From assembly GCA_021794275.1 (NCBI GenBank), contig JAJYRD010000010.1:76085-140084 (forward strand): a stretch of DNA of 64,000 nt, given 5' to 3'. The notes under the pieces were generated by a model. That model saw only the letters and a list, made by a program, of their open reading frames with translations, made no database searches and had not been told where the DNA came from. This DNA is from Pseudomonadota bacterium (GTDB taxonomy: Bacteria; Pseudomonadota; Gammaproteobacteria; Acidiferrobacterales; Acidiferrobacteraceae). Both the position numbers and the translations under genes were made by a program. Of this stretch, positions 57,639 through 64,000 are shown piece by piece. Numbering within the stretch: the stretch's first letter is position 1; each line of letters opens with the position of its first letter.

Positions 57639-58607
57639 TTAACCACTCCCCTTCCCAAAGATTGCGCTACGCACGGCCACGCCCTGGGCGAGATGGGCCT
57701 CGGCCGCCCCAAGGTCGGCGGGCGTCATGCCCCCCAAGGCGTAGACCGGCAACGAGACCTCCGAGACCAGCCGCTGAAAACGCTCCCAGCCGAGCGGGGT
57801 GGCACCCGGATGGGTCGGCGTCGCCTTCACGGGCGAGAGCACGGCGAAATCGCAGCCAAGGGCGTCGGCGCGTTGCAATTCCTGCGCATCGTGGCAAGAC
57901 GCTCCGACAAGCACGTCGGCCGAGGCCGGGCGCGCAGCGAGGCGCGCAAGCCGGGCCGCCGATAGATGGACCCCGTCGGCACACCCAAGGGCCTCCTTGG
58001 GATCGCCGTTCACCACGCAGCGCCCGCCATAAGGGGCCAACAATCGTCTTAGATACGCCGCATAATCGCGTAGGCGCGGCTCCGTCCAAGGCTCGCGCAA
58101 CTGCAGCAAAACCCGCTCACGGGCTGCGGCCTGCAAGAGGCGCTCCTCGAACAGCGCCTCGCCCAGACCGTCAACGTCGCTGACCAGATAAAGGGATGGC
58201 AGACGCAATCGCGCCAGGATGGGGCGGTCGGCAGGCAGGAAGGGGAGCTCCCCGAGCATATCGATCGGCCACCAGCGGATCTCCTGACCCTCGCGACCCT
58301 CGGGTACGCCCTCATAGGTCTCGACGCGCCAGAATGCGAGTTCGAGACCCGCAGGCGGCGCCGCGCGATAGTGGGGCAAAAACGTCGCACCACCCACCGT
58401 GATGCCGAGCTCCTCACGGAGTTCGCGCCTCAAGGCATCACGATCCGCCTCACCCGGCCGCACCTTGCCGCCCGGAAACTCCCAGAGCCCCGCGAAGGCC
58501 TTGCCCGCCGGTCGCCGTGCCACCAGCACACGCCCGTCGTCATCCCAAAGGATGCCGGCGACGACCCGCTCAGGTGCGGTAGGAGCCATTGATGCGGACA
58601 TAGTCAT
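57639..58607 (-). CDS. Nudix (MutT-like) hydrolase fused to a ThiE/TenI-like domain
   Basis: Nudix box GLWEFPGGKVRPGEADRDALRRELREELG, then a thiamine-phosphate-synthase-like C-terminal half. The start is uncertain (ATGs at 58607, 58601 and 58589, all overlapping the argJ end). Confidence 0.8.
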   Translation of the reverse strand: MTMSASMAPTAPERVVAGILWDDDGRVLVARRPAGKAFAGLWEFPGGKVRPGEADRDALRRELREELGITVGGATFLPHYRAAPPAGLELAFWRVETYEGVPEGREGQEIRWWPIDMLGELPFLPADRPILARLRLPSLYLVSDVDGLGEALFEERLLQAAARERVLLQLREPWTEPRLRDYAAYLRRLLAPYGGRCVVNGDPKEALGCADGVHLSAARLARLAARPASADVLVGASCHDAQELQRADALGCDFAVLSPVKATPTHPGATPLGWERFQRLVSEVSLPVYALGGMTPADLGAAEAHLAQGVAVRSAIFGKGSG

Positions 58608-59787
58608 AGGAGAAGTCACAGGTATGGACGGCCGCATGCCCGGCGCCCTGCCCGAGATCCACGGCCACCACGATATCGTCTCCCGCCAAAGCCTTCTGGC
58701 CCATCTCTTCGCGGTAATCCGGGTCAACCATGCCCTGACGGAACACCCGCACACCATTCAAATGCACGGCCACACGGTTCGGATCATCAAGCGTGATGGG
58801 CGCGCGCCCCACGGCCATGAGGATACGACCCCAATTGGGATCGCTTGCAAAGAGCGCGGTCTTTACGAGCGGGGAGGTGGCGATCGTGTCGGCCACCACC
58901 CGCGCCTCCGCGTCAGAGCGGGCCCCGGAGATCTCGACGCGCACGAACTTGGTCGCGCCCTCACCATCACGGACGATGGCCTGAGCAAGTTCCGCACAGA
59001 GATGCTCTAAGGCCTCGCAAAAGGCCGTGAACGCCGGACCTTCGGCCGCCGCGAGGCGCACACCCGAGCGGCCCGTGGCGAGCATGACCAGGGCATCGTT
59101 CGTCGAGGTATCCCCGTCGACGGAAATGGCGTTGAAGGTGGTCTTCACGGCGCGTTCCAGGGCCGCCTGCAGGATGGGCCGCGGGGCCTCGACATCGGTG
59201 GCAACGAAGGACAACATCGTCGCCATGTTCGGGTGAATCATTCCCGAGCCCTTGGCGATGCCGACCAAACGCACGCGGGCGCCGTTGATATCCGCTTCCA
59301 GAAAGCTGCCCTTGGGCACCGTGTCGGTGGTCATGATGCCGTGCGCGGCATCCCCCCACCCGTCCTCGACGCCCGCAGCCACCGCTGCTGGGATGCCGGC
59401 CACGACCGCCGCCACCGGCAGGCGCTCGCCTATGACGCCGGTCGAGAACGGCAGGACCTCCTCGGCGCTACACCCTAAGACCTGGGCTGCGGCAGCACAG
59501 CAGGCACGCGCATCCTCAAGGCCCGCGGCGCCGGTGGCGGCGTTCGCGAAACCGGTATTGATGACGAGCGCCCGCGGCTCGCCATGGCGCAAATGCTCCT
59601 TGGCGACGATCACGGGTGCTGCCGCGAAATGGCTCTGAGTGAAGACCGCGACGGCCGTCGTCCCGCGGTCGCACTGGATGACGACGAGATCCCGGCGACC
59701 GGCCTTGCGGATCCCTGCGGCGACGGTCCCGACCCGCACCCCCGCGATAGCGCCGAGCAGCGGCATTCTCCTCACTCCTACAGCCAT
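58570..59787 (-). CDS. argJ: Bifunctional glutamate N-acetyltransferase / amino-acid acetyltransferase
   Basis: Full-length ArgJ pattern with the self-cleavage region HPNMATMLSFVATD. Confidence 0.93.
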   Translation of the reverse strand: MAVGVRRMPLLGAIAGVRVGTVAAGIRKAGRRDLVVIQCDRGTTAVAVFTQSHFAAAPVIVAKEHLRHGEPRALVINTGFANAATGAAGLEDARACCAAAAQVLGCSAEEVLPFSTGVIGERLPVAAVVAGIPAAVAAGVEDGWGDAAHGIMTTDTVPKGSFLEADINGARVRLVGIAKGSGMIHPNMATMLSFVATDVEAPRPILQAALERAVKTTFNAISVDGDTSTNDALVMLATGRSGVRLAAAEGPAFTAFCEALEHLCAELAQAIVRDGEGATKFVRVEISGARSDAEARVVADTIATSPLVKTALFASDPNWGRILMAVGRAPITLDDPNRVAVHLNGVRVFRQGMVDPDYREEMGQKALAGDDIVVAVDLGQGAGHAAVHTCDFSYDYVRINGSYRT

Positions 59788-59796
59788 AATGCCCCC

Positions 59797-62478
59797 TTAG
59801 ACGAGACGCCCGTGGCACTGCTTGTACTTCTTACCCGAACCGCAGGGACAGGGATCATTGCGCCCGACCTTGCGCCCGCTACGCGTGATGGTCTGCACCG
59901 CGAGGTCCGCGCCCTCCCCCCCGGACTCGAGGCTCGGGTGGTCATAGAACGCGACCCCCTGTTGGCGCCGCTGCTCATCGATCGCGTCGATATCGCTGTC
60001 ATCCTGGATGTCCACCTGGGCTATGGTCGTGATCACTTCATGCTTTATGCGATCGAGCATCTGCGAGAAGAGCTCGAAGGCCTCGCGCTTGTACTCCTGC
60101 TGGGGGCTCTTTTGCGCGTACCCTCGCAGCTGTATCCCTTGGCGGAGATGATCCATCGCCGCGAGGTGATCCTTCCACTGCAGATCGAGCACCTGGAGCA
60201 TGATGGCCTTCTCAAGATGCCGCATGGTCTCCGCACCGATCTGCTCGGCCTTTTCGCGATAACGCTTCTCGGCCTCCTCCAGTATCCGTGCGCGCAGCCC
60301 CTGCTCGTCTAGATTGGTGTCATCCTTCAACCATTGATCGATGGGCAGACCAAGGCGCAACTCGTGGTCGAGCGTCGTCTTGAGCCCCTCGATATCCCAT
60401 TGCTCCTCGAAGCTGTCGGGAGGCACGTGGTTGCTTATAAGGACATCAACCACGTCGCGGTGAATCGCCGCCACGCTCGCACTCACATCGTCAGCTACGA
60501 GCAGCTTGTTACGCTGCTCGTAGATCACCTTGCGCTGATCGTTCGCGACATCGTCATACTCGAGCAGCTGCTTTCTGATGTCGAAGTTGTGGGCCTCGAC
60601 CTTGCGCTGCGCATTCTCGATCGCCTTCGTCACCCACGGATGCTCAATCGCGTCGCCCTGCTCCATGCCGAGCTTCTCCATAAGGCCCGCGATCCGATCC
60701 GAGCCGAAGATGCGCATCAGGTTGTCCTCCAGGGAGAGGTAGAAGCGGGTCTCGCCTGGATCACCTTGGCGGCCCGACCGTCCGCGCAACTGATTGTCGA
60801 TACGGCGTGACTCGTGGCGCTCGGTCCCGATCACCTTGAGGCCGCCCGCCTCGATGACGCGATCATGCCGTCCCTGCCACTCCTCGCGTGCCCGCTTGCG
60901 CGCAAGCTCATCGGCATCGGGCGGCAGTTCGGCCTCGGGGTTTCCTCCAAGCACGATATCCGTGCCGCGGCCCGCCATGTTGGTGGCAATCGTCACGGCG
61001 CCCTCGCGGCCAGCCTGGGCGATGATCTGCGCCTCGCGCTCGTGATGTTTGGCGTTCAAAACCTCGTGGGGAATGCGCGCCTGCTTCAGTAGAGCCGAGA
61101 GACTCTCGGAGCTCTCGATGGAGGCCGTCCCGACCAATACCGGCTGCCTCCTCTTGTGGGCATCCTCGACCTCGGCGACGATCGCCGCGTGCTTCTCGGT
61201 GGTCGTCCTGTAGACCTGGTCGCCCCGATCCTTGCGGATGGCGGCCCTATGCGTCGGGATCACCGTGACCTCGAGGTTATAAATCTCCTGAAACTCGAAG
61301 GCCTCCGTATCGGCCGTGCCGGTCATCCCGGCGAGTTTCTCGTAGAGGCGGAAGTAATTCTGGAACGTGATGGACGCGAGCGTCTGATTTTCGTTCTGGA
61401 TCTCGACTCGCTCCTTGGCCTCGACCGCCTGATGGAGCCCGTCGGACCAACGCCTGCCCGTCATCATGCGTCCGGTGAATTCGTCGACTATGACGATCTC
61501 GCCGTTGGCGACAATGTAATCCACCTCGCGATGGTAGAGGGCATGAGCCCTCAATGCGGCATTCAGGTGATGCAGCAGACCCATGTTGGCCAAGTCGTAG
61601 AGGCTTTCCCCTTCCGCGAGCAAGCCTGCCCGCGCCAGCAGGCCCTCGGCGGCCTCGTGACCCTCTTCTGTGAGATAGACCTGCTTGGCCTTCTCGTCCA
61701 CTGAATAATCGCCGGGGCCGCCGGTCGTCTCCTGCTTCTTCAGGCTCGGTACGATGGCGTCGATCTTGACGTAGAGATCCGTATTCTCTTCGGTAGGACC
61801 GGAGATGATGAGGGGCGTGCGCGCCTCGTCGATGAGAATCGAATCGACCTCGTCCACAATGGCGTAATGCAGCGGGCGCTGGACACGCTCGTCGGCGCTA
61901 AACGCCATATTGTCGCGCAGATAATCAAACCCGAATTCGTTGTTCGTTCCGTAGGTTATATCAGCGTTGTATGCCTCCCGACGCGCCGGGCCGTCCAACG
62001 ACGAGACTATGGTCCCGACCGACAGACCAAGAAAACGATACAGACGCCCCATCCATTCCGCATCGCGCGCAGCGAGGTAGTCATTCACTGTGACGACATG
62101 AACGCCAGAGCCGGGCAAGGCGTTCAGATAGGCCGCCAACGTGGCCACGAGGGTTTTACCCTCACCGGTCCGCATCTCCGCGATCTTGCCCTCGTGGAGC
62201 ACCATGCCGCCAATCAACTGGACATCGAAGTGCCGCATGCCAAGCGCACGACGCGCGGCCTCGCGGACCACGGCAAAGGCCTCCGGAAGTAACGCATCCA
62301 GGGATTCGCCGCGAGCCAGCCGCTCGCGGAATACCGCGGTTTGATTGCGCAGCTCATCGTCCGAAAGCGCCGAATAGCGGGGCTCCAGGGCGTTGATCGA
62401 CCCCACCCTCTGGCGCATACGCCGAACGACGCGATCGTTGCGGCTACCGAAGAATCTACTTAGGACGTTCGCGGCCAT
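59797..62478 (-). CDS. secA: Preprotein translocase ATPase SecA
   Basis: MRTGEGKTL Walker A, full-length, C-terminal zinc finger [14 protein letters not shown]. Confidence 0.96.
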   Translation of the reverse strand: MAANVLSRFFGSRNDRVVRRMRQRVGSINALEPRYSALSDDELRNQTAVFRERLARGESLDALLPEAFAVVREAARRALGMRHFDVQLIGGMVLHEGKIAEMRTGEGKTLVATLAAYLNALPGSGVHVVTVNDYLAARDAEWMGRLYRFLGLSVGTIVSSLDGPARREAYNADITYGTNNEFGFDYLRDNMAFSADERVQRPLHYAIVDEVDSILIDEARTPLIISGPTEENTDLYVKIDAIVPSLKKQETTGGPGDYSVDEKAKQVYLTEEGHEAAEGLLARAGLLAEGESLYDLANMGLLHHLNAALRAHALYHREVDYIVANGEIVIVDEFTGRMMTGRRWSDGLHQAVEAKERVEIQNENQTLASITFQNYFRLYEKLAGMTGTADTEAFEFQEIYNLEVTVIPTHRAAIRKDRGDQVYRTTTEKHAAIVAEVEDAHKRRQPVLVGTASIESSESLSALLKQARIPHEVLNAKHHEREAQIIAQAGREGAVTIATNMAGRGTDIVLGGNPEAELPPDADELARKRAREEWQGRHDRVIEAGGLKVIGTERHESRRIDNQLRGRSGRQGDPGETRFYLSLEDNLMRIFGSDRIAGLMEKLGMEQGDAIEHPWVTKAIENAQRKVEAHNFDIRKQLLEYDDVANDQRKVIYEQRNKLLVADDVSASVAAIHRDVVDVLISNHVPPDSFEEQWDIEGLKTTLDHELRLGLPIDQWLKDDTNLDEQGLRARILEEAEKRYREKAEQIGAETMRHLEKAIMLQVLDLQWKDHLAAMDHLRQGIQLRGYAQKSPQQEYKREAFELFSQMLDRIKHEVITTIAQVDIQDDSDIDAIDEQRRQQGVAFYDHPSLESGGEGADLAVQTITRSGRKVGRNDPCPCGSGKKYKQCHGRLV

Positions 62479-62529
62479 AACCCTCTGGACGGCTCGGAAA
62501 AAGTCGCATTATGGCCGAAAAAGGGGGCC

Positions 62530-62615
62530 ACCACAAAGCGCCGCCGCGCTCTGCCTGTAAGCGCATAGCGGCGCAGGGGGTGGTGAAGACGCTATCATCC
62601 AGCGGGCGATCACTC
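62530..62615 (-). mobile_element. Solo remnant of the 3' end of a tnpB/IS copy related to the one at 56.3 kb
   Basis: By-eye alignment to 56291-56400: shared blocks CAGGGGGTGGTGA and GCTATC..CCAGCGGGCGATCA.TC, roughly 80% identity, with a deletion of about 24 nt. Confidence 0.45.
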
Positions 62616-62811
62616 CGCATCTCCTGCTCTTCGGTGGCGGGTTTGAGCAGAGAGTAGGGCGCGCCCCCGCGGTGAGAAGGCTTAAGCGACGACTCAGGGA
62701 ATGGGGGGTTGGCCCATACGACCGGAATCCTTGAGCGCCACGGGGCCCCATGTCACAAGACGCCGGATTTTCTCGGGTTGTAGAATCTGAGCGCGTCCCT
62801 ATGATGAGGGG

Positions 62812-63600
62812 ATGCCCTACCGCAAGGTCGCCTATCGCCTCTACCCCAACGCCATCCAAGCGGAGCGGCGGGATGAGATACGGGGTTTGCACCAACGCCC
62901 GTATAACACGGCGAGGGAGGAGCGCATCCGCGGCAACCGGGAGACCAGCCAGGGACTGCTCTCGCCGACCAATGCTAGGCGTTGACCCAATGGCGCCGCA
63001 CGACTCCCGGTCTCGCGTCTCTGAACGCGCAGTCGGGGCAACGCGACAGTCAGACGCCTGCACCTCGCCTTCCAGGCCGTTCTTCCGGGGGCAAGAACGG
63101 CGAGACACCGGGCTGTGCCCGCTACAAGCCCCACGATCGTTACCCTGGATGGGGCTACGAGACCCATGGCGATGACTGGCGGCTATCCGGGGGCAATGGA
63201 TAAGCGTGGCACGCTCTCTCTACAAGGCGTGGGCCCGCTGCCCATTCGCGGCAAGGCCGGAACGCCCGGGCTTCCCGTGATCTACGATACCCCGCATAAG
63301 GCCGGCTACCGGTATGCGTGGGCCCCTTGGCGGTCGAGACGATTGGGTGCTCGCGCGGCCTGGAGAGCGGGGCCTTTGGTTGGGGCCTCACCATCTTTCT
63401 GACCCTTGCCACCGAGTAGGGTATCGAGACTTTCGCCAATCCTCGCCACCTGAAGAATCAACTCAGGGAACTGAAGCGGCTGGGCAGGAAGTCTCACGCA
63501 AGATCCGCGACGCCCGGGAGGCCTGCGGCCGCCTCCTCTGAGGAAAGACGGGGGATTCCTACTGCGCTTAACAGACGGCATGACGCCACTCGCAAGCCGC
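62812..63600 (+). pseudogene. tnpB: IS200/IS605-family tnpB relic (ISDra2-like N-terminus), multiply frameshifted and truncated before the RuvC/zinc-finger part
   Basis: MPYRKVAYRLYPNAIQAERRDEIRGLHQRPYN.. then, in other frames, ..GKNGETPGCARYKPHDRYPGWGYETHGDDWRL.., ..GTLSLQGVGPLPIRGKA.. and ..LKNQLRELKRLGRKS.. Confidence 0.65.
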
Positions 63601-63664
63601 TTCGAAGGGTTCCTGCCGCTGGCGGCGTTACCGCACCGCTCGCTTGATCTGAAAACTTTTCCGC

Positions 63665-64000
63665 TCAGCGCCGGTCGGCAAGCCGCAGGAAATGGGCCGG
63701 ATTGATGGGTACCCCGTGGAGCATCACCTCGAAATGCAGGTGGGGACCCGTCGAATAGCCCGTATCGCCCACGCGCCCGAGGAGTTGGCGCTTGTGGATC
63801 ACCTCCCCCACATGCACAAAGCGCGCGCTCAGGTGGGCATACATCGTCACCTCGCCGTGGCCGTCCGAAATCTTGACAAGGCGCCCAAAACCGCCGTCGC
63901 TGCCCGCAAAGATGACGATGCCGGCGGCCATGGCGCGCACCGGCGTGCCCACTGGCACGGCGATGTCGATGCCGGGATGAAAGCCCGGTCGGCCGGTGAA
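63665..64000 (-). CDS. M23 (LytM-type) metallopeptidase, C-terminal part (5' end beyond the window)
   Basis: HPGIDIAVPVGTPV and GPHLHFEV motifs. The frame is open to the window edge. Confidence 0.8.
   Translation of the reverse strand, partial: FTGRPGFHPGIDIAVPVGTPVRAMAAGIVIFAGSDGGFGRLVKISDGHGEVTMYAHLSARFVHVGEVIHKRQLLGRVGDTGYSTGPHLHFEVMLHGVPINPAHFLRLADRR

Overview
High-GC chromosomal segment (looks mid-60s % GC by eye, not computed). Gene order (secA-argJ-mutT, pilB-pilD-coaE, dapA-lipoprotein-purL, parE-parC-truA) suggests a gammaproteobacterium; that is inference from synteny. I can support about 55 protein genes. Most are housekeeping: arginine biosynthesis (argG, argD-argF, argJ), a heterotetramer-type pyruvate dehydrogenase cluster, purL, dapA, secA, topoisomerase IV, ettA, truA, coaE and arfB. 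There are also several signalling proteins and an arsR-arsI/cadI-arsB arsenic operon. I saw no rRNA, tRNA, CRISPR array, prophage or obvious defence island. Mobile DNA is limited to decayed IS200/IS605-family tnpB relics at about 0.75-1.25 kb, 56.3-57.5 kb and 62.5-63.6 kb. The observations I rate highest follow. (1) Two near-identical FNR-type class II promoters (TTGAYGGCCATCAA-N23-TAGACTGAG) tie a local Cys-less Crp/Fnr regulator to a GcvH-like/hemerythrin operon and to a thioredoxin-like/DUF488/CopD-like operon, with a dedicated lipoate-protein ligase next door. (2) A rubrerythrin / HdrD-like Fe-S protein / encapsulin-less EncFtn-like ferritin / DUF3501 module is translationally chained to parE-parC-truA. 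(3) A sigma-54 promoter and a V4R-domain enhancer-binding protein are associated with a clade-D beta-carbonic-anhydrase-like gene (the COS/CS2 hydrolase family) and an FmdB zinc ribbon. (4) A cytoplasmic hybrid kinase carries six near-identical 276-bp (92-aa) double-HAMP repeats. (5) An E2-E3 fusion sits in the PDH cluster. (6) pilC is missing between pilB and pilD. All family calls come from motif recognition by eye and memory; no database search was run.
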